From the NCBI RefSeq assembly GCF_963921235.1, contig NC_086097.1, forward strand, positions 49,974,001 to 50,038,000: DNA of 64,000 nt, written 5' to 3'. Numbering within the stretch: the stretch's first letter is position 1; each line of letters begins with the position of its first letter. A program made the position numbers and the translations under genes. This DNA is from Mobula hypostoma (lineage: Eukaryota). Shown here piece by piece: positions 1 to 12,391 of the stretch. The notes under the pieces were generated by a model, which was not told the origin of the DNA, did no database searches, and saw only the letters and a program-made list of their open reading frames with translations.

Positions 1-1
1 T

Positions 2-80
2 TTGGGGAAGTTTAGCAAGATTCCTTATGCAAGAGTGAGCCATGCCAAGTACTTTGTAACAGAAAATATTGCATATATAG
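2..80 (+). CDS. Penultimate coding exon (5' part outside window) of a PLD3/PLD4-like phospholipase D family gene
   Basis: Frame 2 reads LGKFSKIPYARVSHAKYFVTENIAYI(G), the second HxKxxxxD/E motif of PLD3/PLD4. It ends at a phase-1 donor AG|GTAAGA (80/81). Confidence 0.9.
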
Positions 81-1350
81 GTAAGAGGTTTATCATTGTT
101 TCAATGCATTAGTGTTCTAAGTCAACAATTGTAATGTGGAAACAGATTTGAGGATCCAGTCAGTGGAGCAGAAGACACTGATTACAAGTAAGTACACTAA
201 CATTTATTTACAGACAAGCAGCAAAACATTCCACCAACATCTAAGTCAAAGAAGTACTCAGCTAAACCACCCTAAGTTACAAAAACTATGACACTAAACA
301 TTCAGTAACACTTCAAATTCAACAGATACTTTAAGTCTCCCCAAGAAACACAACTACAAAAGTAAACATTCAGCCTCTCCTCAAATCACTATAATTAGGA
401 TAATAAAAGGGCACTCTTAATGGATATCACTATGTATTAGATGGTGGTGTATGTCCAATAAAAATGCACCATATCTGTTTTGGAGTTGATGGTGTTTCTT
501 TAACATTGATGCTTTGAACCTGGTGATGGAGGCGATAGAAGAGGAAAGTGCAGCTGTGATAGGCTGGGTGACTTGCTGGAATAAATCTTACAGAGGGAAA
601 CATTGCAGACAAAGTGTGCCAGTGATAGAAAAAGTGCAGACTCTACTAGTGACGGTAAGGGAAATAGAACAGTGCACCTTGAGTGCTGTAGTTGCACCCA
701 GCCAGGTAAAGTATGGATACTTAATTATGTTCCTGGTTTTGGACTTGTAGACAGAGGTTTTCAGAGATCAAGAAATATGCCACTCATTGCTGAACTGCCT
801 TGCTTTCAGATGGCTGAGGCAGCTCAATAAATACTTCTTTTCTGTATTATTTTGTATTCCTTTAACACCTTGACTATTCCCATTAATACACTTTCTAATT
901 ATCAAATAACCAAGAGTGCATATATTGTCATTGATGTTTTAATGACATCTTTTATACTCCTTTTATCTGATATGCTTCTTCCCTAAAATATGTTCATATT
1001 GTCTGCATTTTAATCTGTGCAAGAATATTTTATTTGTTATCAACTGTATCCATTTGATCTAATTACTATATAGCACTACATCCGACATCCAGTTAGTTAA
1101 TTGAGTACTAGTGAAATTGGACCATTTGACTGATTGCAGGTCAGAACTGAGACTTGCTGTTGGGTTCCTTGATATGTTATAGAAATTATTGTCAAACATA
1201 TTAAATAGTATAAAATAAAAGAATATTTTTAGGTTTGCAAATGAAGATTCTACACCAAATCATTTTCAGACATATTGCTCAGATTTTGGAGGGAGGGTAT
1301 TTCTGCTTTGCTGCAAATATATTGTTTTCATCAAAAGTATTGTCTTCCAG

Positions 1351-1541
1351 GTACTTCAAATTGGTCTTATGACTACTTCAATACTACAACTGGAGTTGGT
1401 CTGCTGATAAATCAGACTTCAGGATACGAAGAAGAGGCTGATAATACAATTCATTATCAGTTAAAGAGCCTATTTCAAAGAGACTGGAATTCCAACTATT
1501 CCATCACCTTGGATGATTTGGAAGATGATCTTTTGTATTAA
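1351..1541 (+). CDS. Terminal coding exon of the PLD3/PLD4-like gene
   Basis: Acceptor tgtcttccag| at 1350. The phase-1 join gives GTSNWSYDYFNTTTGVGLLINQ...QLKSLFQRDWNSNYSITLDDLEDDLLY*, matching the family GTSNW and QLxxxFxRDWxSxY motifs. Confidence 0.9.
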
Positions 1542-2399
1542 ACTAATGGATTAAAATTATGGTTTGTGGGTACTGTACATTTGGGGTAAAACACAAACAG
1601 GATCTTTTAAACTCAGAAGGCTTTTGTTTTCTATGCTCCCCTTCAATTCAGAGGTTGTGAACTGAAGGAGAGTAAGAGGCAAACGCTCACTCTGTCGAAG
1701 AGTAGTGAAAGAGATAGAGGCTTCCTGAATCATTGGGCTCTTGGTAAATGGTAAATAATTATGTGAGCTGAGTGGGATTCTTTCATTCCATTGCAGGATA
1801 CATCTACTTTTACGTGTGAAGAAATTACATGTTGGACCCTGGGAAAGAAAGATCTGCCAATCTTGGCCAGGATTGGGTGGGTAACTTTCAAGGCTTTCTG
1901 GGCTTGATCTGGAGTTTCCAGCTTAGGGACCAGTCTGTGTGATGAGACTGCTGAGATGAAGGGGTGGGATGGGGTTGCAGTTTGGGGAAAGGTAATTGGA
2001 TAGTTGGGGAATGATCTGCAGAACAGGTGTGTGGCAGTAGTTGGTGGGTAGTTCCATACTTTGAAAGAGGAAGTTGCTTACATTTGGAGAGTTTGGACAG
2101 GCAATGGTGAGGAGGAATTGCAATTGGAGTTGAGTAAAAGAGTGGTAGATCAAGAGGAAAGATGAGTGCATAAGGAGGACTGCTAAGACATGGAACATCT
2201 AGGTGACATCTAGTGAGACTGTAGGGGAGAACTGAAGGAAGGAGGACTGAAGTAGGTGGGGATTAGAGGAAGTACAAGGAAAATGTGCTGATGAAATGGA
2301 CGTGGACAAGATTGAGTCCATGTGTGTGTTTCTATCATCAAGGTGTGGTGGTGAAGGCGTGAAGTGTGAATGTGTATCCTGCTGTGTATGCATGTATGT

Positions 2400-2601
2400 A
2401 ACACACACAAAATGCTGGAGAAACACAGCAGGCCAGACAGCATCTAAGGATCTTGCGCTCTTTTTTTCTCCAGCACTGCCAAAGGGTCTCAGCTCAAAAC
2501 ATCGACTGTACCTTTTTCCATAGACGCTGCCTGGCCTGCTGAGTTCCTCCAGCATTTTATGTGTGTTGATTGATTTCCAGCATCTGCAGATTTTCTCTTG
2601 T
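2400..2601 (+). mobile_element. Short Penelope-end-derived insertion with inverted arm and decayed hammerhead
   Basis: Similar to the Penelope 3' end at 14100-14234. 2400-2446 is an inverted copy of about 2520-2567, and a degenerate hammerhead core lies at about 2472-2507. Confidence 0.7.
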
Positions 2602-2690
2602 TTGTGTATGTATGTATGTATGTGATCAGTGGTAGAGCAGATTGTGATCTTATATTTGTGTGTGTGTGTGTGTGTATGTACACGCGCATG

Positions 2691-2897
2691 TGTAGGGTAA
2701 TGTAATTGGTGGAAATGTACATATTTCACAACCACCGACATTGAGTTGGTGTTCACTTTAAGATGCTGGTCTGATGTGATGACCTAGTTACATAAAGTAC
2801 TGTTACTGTGCTTTGTATTCAGTGTTGGAGTACAATAAATAAGTTGTTACATGTTTTCTTAAAACATCTCACTTTGTTTTATTTGGGGAAACCTACA
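2691..2897 (+). repeat. 5' LTR of the Gypsy element
   Basis: TGTAGG...CCTACA termini and internal AATAAA; direct repeat of 17214-17418. Confidence 0.9.
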
Positions 2898-5800
2898 TTG
2901 GTGACCCAGATGGTCTAGGACCATTCCAGAGTTATTAAACATGCCACAGGCAGCTGTGGGGCCAAATTTTTGTGTGTATGTAAGGCAGAGGTTGACAGAT
3001 TCTTCTTTCTTTCTTTTTCAATCTTTTTATTAGTTTCATAATAATAAACGTACTATAATATTGATACAAAGTTATTGGGAATACATTGTTGTAGTTAACA
3101 TAGTTAAATATCAGCCCAGTTGACACATGAGCGTTAAATCTCCCAATCATACAGGATACAGAAGAACAATATAAAACAAAAAAAATCTTTAAAAATCATG
3201 AAAAAGGAAAAAATATATATATATTGCGCCCCCCCCCCCAAAAAAACTAACCTATACAGTGTTAATCAACTAAACTAAGAAAAAAAAGACATGGGCTGTT
3301 ATGTAAAATCATAAAAAAAAGAACCATTAGTGTCATTGACTCCGTTCCTCTCAACATATATTACAAAGAAATAGAATAAGTTTGGAAAAGGTCAAATTAC
3401 ATCATATGAAAATATTGAATAAATGGCCTCCGTCTTTTCGAATTTAATAGAGGGATCATGAACAACATTTCTAATGTTTTCCAAATTTAAACACAACATA
3501 GTTTGAGAGAACCAATGAAATGTGGTGGAAGGATTAATCTCTTTCCAATTCAGCAAAATGGATCTTCCGGCCATTAATGTAAGAAATGTAATCATCCGAC
3601 GAGCTGAAGAGGTTAAATGACTTGATTCTATGATTGGTAACCCAAAAATGGCAGTAATAGGTGAGGTTGTAAATCAATATTCAAAACAGTTGAGATAGTA
3701 TCGAAAATATCTTTTCAACAAAGGACATGACCAAAACATGAGTTAAAGAAGCTATCTCGGAGTGACATCTATCGCATATAGGATTTATATGAGAATAATA
3801 ACGAGATAGTTTATCCTCAGACATATGAGCCCTTTGCACTACTTTAAACTGTGTCAATGTATGTTTAGCACATATAGAGGATGAATTAACTAATTGAGGG
3901 ATTTGTTCCCATTTTTCAATTGTACAATAATCTTAAGTTCCCTTTCCCAATCAGTCTTAACTTTATTAGAGACGTCTGGACATATTTTCATAATTGTATT
4001 ATAAATAATTGTTATTACACCTTTCTGAAAGGGATTTAAATCTAAAATTTTTTTCCAAAATATCCATTGAATATAAATTCAGGAAGGTAGGAGAAACAGT
4101 ATTTTAAAAATTTCTAACCTGTAAATATCTAAAAAAGTGAGATCTAGGCAAATTATATTTATTAGATAATTGTTCAAAGGACATGAAACAATTATTCAAA
4201 AATAGATCACAAAATCGTACTATACCTTTAAGTTTCCAAGCCAGATATGCTTGATCGATAGAGGGTTGAAAAAAGAAATTAGATATAATAGGACTTGCTA
4301 AAATAAATTGATTCAACCCAAAACATTTTCAAAATTGAAACCACATACGTAAAGTATGTTTAATTATTGGGTTATCCATTTATTTATACAATTTAGAAAG
4401 AGTAAAGGGAAGCAAAGTCCCTAAAATAGAACCCAATGAAAACCCTTGTAAAGAATTACATTCAAGATTTACCCAATGTGGACTTGAAGTTACGTTCAAG
4501 TCCCATAACCAAAATTTTAAATATCAAATGTTAATTGCCAATAGTAAAATCTAAAATTCAGCAAAGCTAAAGCCAGCCCCCTCCTTTTTAGATTTCTGTA
4601 AATGTTTTTTTACCTCACCTAGGATTTTTGTTCTGCCATATATATGAGGAAATTTTGGAATCAACATTATCAAAAAAGGATTTTGAATGAAAATTGGCAC
4701 CGCTTGAAATACATATAAAAATTTAGGCAAAATAATCATCTTGATAGCATTGATCCGACCGATCAACGACAGAGACACTGGTGACCATTTAGTAAACAAA
4801 AGTTTAATCTGATCAATTAAAGGTAAAAAATTAGCCTTGAATAAATCTTTATGCTTTTTTCATAATTTTAACCCCTAAATATGTAAAAGAGTCAGTAACC
4901 ATTTTAAATGGTAAACATCCATAAATAGGAATCTGCATATTTAGGGGAAATAGTTCACTCTTATTAAGGTTCAATTTATAACCAGAAAAATTGCTAAACT
5001 GAGCCAGCAAAGATAAAATAATGAGAATAGATTTCCCAGGATTAGAGATATATAATAACAAATCATCTGCATATAATAACTTGCGTATTTCATTTCCATG
5101 GGTAATACCAAAAATGTTAGGTGAGTCTTTGATAGCAATTGCTAAAGGTTCAAGGGCAATATCAAATAATAATGGACTAAGAGGGCATCCCTGCCTAGTA
5201 CCCCAAGATAAACGAAAAAAGGGAGATCTTTGATTGTTAGTACAAACCGAAGCTATAGGGGTTTGATATATCAATTTAATCCAAGATATAAATATCGGAC
5301 TAAAATTAAATTTCTCAAACACACTAAATAAATATGGCCATTCAACTCTGTTAAAAGCTTTCACAGCATCTAATGGAATAACACATTTCTGAGTGCGAAG
5401 TAAAGGAGTATAAACAATATTCATTAACCTCCTAATATTAAAAGATGAATAACGATTTTTAACAAATCCTGTTTGGCCCACAGAGATAATTTGAGGTAGT
5501 ACCTTATCTAACCAAGTTGGTAATATTTTAGAAAAAATTTTTGAATCTACTTTCAAAAAGAGATATCGGTCCGTATGATGCACAATCAGTTGGATCTTTA
5601 TTCTTTTTAAGAATTAAAGAAATAGAAACTCCATGAAACGATTGTGGTAACTTACCTAATCTGATTGCTTCTTTAAATATTATAGACAACCAAGGAGAGA
5701 GAATAGAGGAAAGAAACTTTAAAAATTCCCCTGTAAAACCATCTGGACCAGGTGCTTTGCCGGAATTCATTGAAGAAATAACAGCTGTTATTTCTTCATC

Positions 5801-6321
5801 TGTAATAGGAGTTTCTAATGTTAAACAATCTTTGGGTGATAATTTCGGAAAGTTCAATTTCCTTAAAAAGTCATGCATGGTGTTGGGATCATGAGGAAAA
5901 TCAGAATGGTATAAAGAGGTATAAAATTCTTGAAAAGTTTTGTTTATCTCATCATGATCAACTGTCAAAGTGTCATCATGTTTGCAGCTTTTGATAATTT
6001 GACATTTAACCGAAGTAGTTTTCAATTGATTGGCTAATAATTTACCCGATTTATCACCTATGAATATAAAACTCACTTTTAGTTTTCATTAATTGATTTT
6101 CAATCAAGGATGTTAATAATAAGCTGTGTTCCATTTGAAGTTCGATTCTCTGTTTATAAAGCTCCTTACTAGGAGCAATAGAATATTTCTTTAATTTTGT
6201 CAACCAACAAAAGTGTTTCATTCTTAATACGTTTTTTCAAACCAACAGAATAAGGAATAAGGAACACTTTCAGTACACAGGATGAACTCAGCAGGTTGGG
6301 CAGCATCAGTCAGAAATGATG

Positions 6322-6357
6322 AGTCAACATTTCGGGCCGGAACCCTTTGTCAGGACT
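6322..6357 (-). ncRNA. Decayed minimal hammerhead ribozyme (Penelope end)
   Basis: Minus strand AGUC-CUGACAA-AGGGUUCCGGCCC-GAAA-UGUU-GACU; core changes are CpG-type transitions. Confidence 0.6.
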
Positions 6358-6933
6358 GAAGAAAGAAAGATGGGGAACGATTTGAAGAGTGATTGTAGCT
6401 TCAGTTGAAACACCAGTAATTTGAAAGACAAAGGGGTGGGGGAGGGGAAGCATTAACGTCATAGCCCTGAAAACAATGGGTAGTAGAAGAAGGAGGTGGA
6501 ACCATGAGGGAGATGGGGGAGGGGGCAGAGTGAAATAGGGATACAGGAAGGGAGGGGGAGGGAATTACCGGAAGTTGGAGAATTCTATGTTCATACCAAG
6601 GGGCTGGAGACTACCTAGACAGTATATGAGGTGTTGCTCCTCCAACCTGAGTTTAGCCTCCTCATGGCAGTAGAGGAGGCCATGTATGGACATATCTGAA
6701 GGGGAATGGGAAGCAGAGTTGAAGTGGGTGGCTACTGGGAGATCCTGTCTGTTGTGGCGGATGGAGTGGAGGTGCTCGACAAAGCGGTCCCCCAATCTGC
6801 GTCAGGTCTACCCATTGTTTTCAGGGCTATGACGTTAATGCTTCCCCTCCCCCACCCCTTTGTCTTTCAAATTACTGGTCTTTCAACTGAAGCTACAAGC
6901 ATTCTTCAAATCCTTCCCCATCTTTCATTCTTC

Positions 6934-6969
6934 AGTCCTGATGAAGGGTTCTGACCCGAAACGTCGACT
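6934..6969 (+). ncRNA. Minimal type I hammerhead ribozyme (Penelope end)
   Basis: AGUC / CUGAUGA / A-GGGU-UCUG-ACCC / GAAA / CGUC / GACU: intact core, stem I AGUC:GACU, stem II, vestigial stem III. Confidence 0.85.
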
Positions 6970-8792
6970 CATCATTTCTAACTGATGCTGCCTGACCTGC
7001 TGAGTTCATCCAGTGTACTGAAAGTGTTGCTTTGATCACAGCATCTGCAGATTATTTTGTGTTTAGAATAAGAAATAATCTGTCTGCGGATATAAGCTTT
7101 AAAAGCGTGCCATACTTTACCATTGGAGATTTCTTCCATAATATTAGTTGAAAAGAAGAAATCAATCTGTTCCTTCATAAACTTAACAAAGTCCGGGTCT
7201 TGAAGCAAATTAGAGTTAAATCGCCATTGCCTATTAGTAGAAGTAGTATCCATTAACTTAATAGAAAGTTTCAATGAAGCATGATCAGAAATGGCGATAA
7301 TGTCATAATTGCAGTCAATTACAGATGGAATTAAATGAGAGTCAATAAAAAAGTAGTCAATTCGAGAATAAGAATGATAAACATGTGAGAAGAATGAAAA
7401 CTCTTTCTCCTTAGGGTGTAGAAATCTCCAAATTTCTGAAATTCCAGAGTCAATCATAAAAGAGTTAATAAGAGTAGCCAACTTATTCGGTAAAGCCTGA
7501 CTAGATATGGATCTATCCATCAGGGGATTTAAACAGCAGTTAAAATCATCCCCCATTATCAACATATACTTGTTTAAGTTAGGAAAAGGAGTGAATAAGT
7601 GCTTAAAAAATTTGGGATAATCCCCATTTGGCGCATAAACATTAACCATAGCAACTATTTTTTTATTAAAAAGTAACCCAGTAATGAACAAAAATCTACC
7701 ACTAGGATCTGAAATAATCTTGATGAGTAAATGTAATTGAGGAATCTATAAAATTTGAAACTCCTTTCACTTTGGCTTGGTAGTTTGACTGGTACCGCTA
7801 TTCTTTCCAAAACCTAAAGAAACGTTGATTATCCTCTTTCCTCACATGAGTTTCTTGTGCAAAAATATTGTGAGCATTCAGTCTTCGAAATACTTCAAAA
7901 ATCCTGTTCCGTTTTATTGGATGGTTTGAACCATTTGTATTCCAAGAGACAAAATTAATAATCTGAGCCATAACTTAATGTTAACCCTTTGGTATATGAA
8001 GAGTTAACCATAATGTAAACTCATGAAATTGGAAGAGGAATAAATATTCAGAGTGGAACCGGAAATCATGACACTGCAGACATCATTGTAGTACTGAATC
8101 AGCCCAGTAGAAAAAATTAATAAAGAAAGAAAAGAACGCCCCGCCTTCCACCCCTGAAATCTCAAAACTAAGCCAGAGAAGGCTAGAGAAAGAACTAAGA
8201 ACTAATACTAAATTTAACCCCATTTCTCCAGAAGGCAACTCCAAAGATATATGTTAAAAAGAAAACCCCCCGAAATCCAATAAAAAAAATTAAACACTGT
8301 ACTATAATAATCTACATATTGTGATTTCTAAAATGAACGAAAAAAAGTAAGCGCCAATTCATATTATTAATCAATTACAAACATAAATAATTGAAAATGG
8401 CACTTCAAAAAAAGAAAGGAATTATGGGAAGAAGAAACCTAAGAAGATGGCGTAGTCAGAAAGAACAAAAGAAATGATGAGAAAAAGGAAACAGACCGCC
8501 ATTTTAATTATACAAAGCCAAAAATAAAGAAAATGTTCCTCCATACAGTCGAAATTTACATCAAATCATTGATGACGATGTCAGAAATCAAATAATTAAA
8601 AATTAACAAATTAAAGAAAAGTAAAATCATCTGCAGGAAAAATGAACTTTAATTGAGATGTGAAAACTACCTATACTACTAACCGAGGACGAAAGTCTTG
8701 AACTTATAAAAGACCTTCTTCATACGGTAATTGAAGGCTTTAAAAAAAAAGCACCTGAAAACAGAGCCAATGCTGCAAGCACTGAACATTAA

Positions 8793-9693
8793 TTAAAGCA
8801 TGGTATCCATAGCAGTTGGATGGTGTTCATCCAAAAAACTTCGAGCCGCACTTGTGGAGTGGAAGACATGACGTAGTCCCTCCGGAGGAGAAATTCTTAA
8901 ACAGGCAGGGTACAATAGGGCTGGTCTGAGATCTTTTTGGTAGCATTCCGACATCAGAGGTTTAAAAGCCAGCCGCGCCTTCATCACTTCGGGACTGTAG
9001 TATTCCACTAAACGAAACTGATGTTGTCAAAATTTAATCATACCTTGCTGGTGGGCAATTCGGATAAGGTGCTCTTTAACACTAACATAATAGAACCGGA
9101 GAATCACTGGCCTCGGTCCGAATTTGGAGGACAACGATTTCGGACACAATGTGTAGTGGGCACAGTCGAGCAATGGAGGATCATCGGGGAATACAGAACT
9201 AAACGCATCCTTTAGAACTTGAGAGAAGAATTTTGAAGGGTCTCCTTCCTCGACATCCTCAGGGAGACCAATTATACGCAAGTTCTGTTTTCTAGATCGG
9301 TTTTCAAGATCAATAATCTTGGATTTAAAATGTTCCAGTTGTTTGGTGGTCGAAGATCATTTCTGCTCCAAATTCTCGATTTTCAAATCTCTCTTCTGAG
9401 ATTCAATGTCTAATTCAGTAATTTTACTTTGATGTTGCTTAACTTCACAATCAAGCAATTTCAGAGAGTCCGTGATTGACTTTGTCTTCTTTAAATCTTT
9501 GACATTGTTGTTCAAATTTTTCAGTTAAACTTTGACGTTGTTCTTCAAATTTTTCATCTAAAAGCTTCAACAAAATATCATAAGATAGTTCCGTTTGCTT
9601 AGGTTCACCTTTTCTTTTTCCTTCGTTCCCGTCGGAATCCTTCCCATCTTTAGTTTCACACACTTTGGATCTTGTACTTATTTCTTTGCTCAT
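8793..9693 (-). pseudogene. L1 ORF1 (coiled coil plus RRM/CTD), disrupted
   Basis: MSKEISTR..., coiled-coil-like stretch, NRSRKQNLRIIGLPE, PRPVILRF, ALLYPACLRI. Confidence 0.85.
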
Positions 9694-12391
9694 TTCTTCA
9701 GATTTCACAGTTACAGTTCAAGGAAAAATCAGTAGTATAAAATAAATCTTCTAGTGTAGGTAAAAATTAATTAAGTAAGGGAGATCATAAGTTTAAAAAA
9801 AAGGAACGGTAATGGAGTGAAGCCAAAGACAACCTCACTCCATGAGTGCCTCCTGGAGAATCCCCAGTAGATTCTTGATTGGTCAGGGCATGAAACGATA
9901 CAGGGAGAAGGCAGCAAATTGAGTACTGAGAGGAAAATTGGATCAACCATGATGAAATGGTGGAGCAGACTCAATGGGCCAAATGGCCTAATTCTGCTCC
10001 TATATCTTATGGTCAGATGTCAGCCAATGCAGTCGCTTTGAAACTGCCAGAGTTCTGGGAGCAAAATACCGAGCTTGGTTTGTATAAGCAAAGACCCAAA
10101 TTGTGCTGCGGGAAATCAATGACAACAACACTGAACTCTACTACATGGAAGTGTCACTTGGCAACTCCATGGCTGCAAGAGTGGTGAATCTACTAGAACA
10201 CCTGCTGGAGCACAATAATACCGATCACTGAAAACTCACCTTTTACAGACTTTTGGACCATCGGAGTCAGAGCATGTAAAACAGTTGCTCTCCTTGCCTG
10301 GCCTCAGCAACGCTAAGCAAATGGACCATATGCTATCTCTCCTGGGAAATCACCATCCTTGTTTTATTTTTAAAGAACTCTTCATGCAGCAAAAGCCTGA
10401 TCAAGTTTGCATAGTTCTCATTAATGTGTCCGTGCAAGGCTAAGGGCAGTTTGCTAAAATGGCTGATAGTCTATACTCAGCAAGGCAGTGGGGCATCATT
10501 CCTCAATAACCCTGGTCAGTAAGGCCCCCAACATAAGGATGCCTGTGACCATGAAACAGATGACTCAGAGCCTGTGTTTTTACCACATTTGCTTTGGTAT
10601 GAATGCCAGGAAGTGCCAACTGCCTTGCAGCTTCAACAATGCCAGCACATCGGGACATCAGCGGTCTGTGAACATCATGGGTTCCAGCTGCCAGGGTTGT
10701 CTACTGTTAATTACAGACACCCTTCCAGGGCGATGCTTCCTGTGTGACACGGGTGCTCAAGTGAGTCTGCTGCCATATCGCCTATTGATGAGAAGGCAAA
10801 GAGCAACATAACCTTGCTGGAGGCCACCAACAGCAGCAAGATCCACACTTGCAGGACATGACAGGTGATGCTCTGTTTCAGTGGGTGCTGTTATACATGG
10901 GACTTTGTCCCGGATAAAGTGGCTAGACCTCTGCTCGGTACAGTTTTGCTGATTGCCCAAGGACTATTAGTTGATCTTAGGAACTGCTGGCTTATGGATG
11001 TTAAGGACTTTGGGTCGTTACCCTGCTCCCCCAGTAAGTTTCCCACAACAACTCTGTCAAGCACATGCATCACCGCACGTGAGTTTACTTGAATGCTCTT
11101 ATTGAATTCCCAAACCTCACCAAGCCCGCATTCTCCACTATAGTCACAAAACATGAGGTCGAGCACCACATTTCTACAACTGGCCCACCAGTCCATGCCC
11201 ATGTATGTAGACTGACTCATAAAATCTGGCAACCATGCAGACTGAGTTTGCCAACATGGAAAGACTTGGCATTGTGTGTAGGTCAAATAGCCCCTGGGCT
11301 TCGGCCCTACATTTGGTTCCTAAGTCCGATGCTGGATCCCGCCCATGTGGTGATTACCGACGCCTTAATGAGGTCACCATCTCTGATCGTTACCTGGTCT
11401 CACACATCCAAGTCCTTTTTGCTATGTTTAGCTGGAAACTTAATGTTTTCCAAAGTCGGTCCAGTTAGGGGCTACCATCAGGTGCCTGTGTGCTCAGAAA
11501 ACATTCCCAAGATGGCTGTGATAACCCTGTTTGACCTTTTTAAGTTTCTGCGCATTCTGTTTGGGCTGACAAATGCAGCACTGCTGATGGCCTTTGTCAT
11601 AAAAAGACTCAGATTTTCTTTTTGTTTACCTGGATGACATACTTGTCACCGGTGCTTCCAACGCCGAACACATATTTCATCTCCGCACACTTTTCAGGTG
11701 TTTAAGTGCTTAAGGCAACACAGGTTGATTACTAACCCCACTAAATGCCAGTTTGGGTTGTCAACTGTTGACTTTCTCGGTCATCACATCTCCGCAGAAG
11801 GTGCGAAATCCCTCCCATCAAAGATAGCCACTATTATAGATTTCCCACCATCCCACACTACTGAAAAACTGCTGGAGCTTTTGGGTATGGTGAACTCCGA
11901 TCACAGCTTCATTCTGCGAGCTGCTGAACTTATGCTTCTCCTGTATAGTGTGCTTAAAGGCAATGCTCCTAATCATATGCTTGACTGGTCAACGAACGTG
12001 ACCAGGGCATTTGATGATGCCAAATGAGCTCTTTCTAACATGACACTACTACATAAGAATAGGAGCTGGAATAGGTCATCTGACCCATCGAGCCTGCCCC
12101 GCCATTCAATGAGATCTTGGCTGATCTGTCCATAAACTCAGCTCCATTTACCTGCCTTTTCCCCATAACTCTTAATTCCCCTACTATGTAAAAATCTATC
12201 TAACTGTATCTTAAATATATTTAGTGAAGAAGCCTCAACTGCTTCCCTGGGCAGAGAATTCCACAGATTCACCACACTCTGGGGAAAAACAGTTTCTCCT
12301 CACCTCCATCCTAAATCTTCTCCACTGAATCTCGAGGCAATGTCCCCTAGTTCTAGTCTCACCTACCAACCGAAACAACTTTCCTACTTCT

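Larger units (their letters stand above)
6255..7064 (-). mobile_element. 5'-truncated Penelope-like element with inverted terminal arms, inserted in L1 ORF2
   Basis: GIY-YIG C-terminal ORF 6565-6795 (GDRFVEHL...VATHFN...GMNIEFSNFR), inverted arms 6263-6483 and 6808-7028, and TSD AGAATAAG (6247-6254, 7065-7072). Confidence 0.88.
3397..7971 (-). pseudogene. L1 ORF2 (APE endonuclease plus reverse transcriptase), disrupted
   Basis: Starts MAQIINFVSWN. Motifs NVYAPN, DFN, YSRIDYF, ISDHA, KAPGPDGF, GTRQGCPLSPLLF, LYADD, YLGV, GRINAIKM. Frameshifted and interrupted by a Penelope insertion. Confidence 0.9.
3005..9868 (-). mobile_element. Full-length decayed L1-clade LINE
   Basis: 8-bp TSD AGATTCTT (2997-3004, 9869-9876), AATAAA and A-rich tail at about 3005-3031 on the minus strand, and ORF1 and ORF2 remnants. 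Confidence 0.9.
2944..10016 (+). mobile_element. Short CR1 3'-end fragment (2944-3004 plus 9869-10016) split by the L1 insertion
   Basis: The joined halves read like the CR1 3' end at 29030-29241 (aaggcagaggttga.agattcttgattggtcagggcatg...tcttatggtc). It sits just before the Gypsy gag ATG. Confidence 0.8.

Noticed and set aside
130..830. Short ORFs and a possible LTR remnant in the PLD intron
   Set aside because: No recognisable domain, termini or TSD.
1275..1350. N-terminal part of the 88-aa ORF 1275-1541
   Set aside because: Intronic read-through; PLD similarity starts only after the acceptor at 1350.
2199..2756. 185-aa minus-strand ORF
   Set aside because: Spans a Penelope tail, microsatellites and an LTR start; chance ORF.
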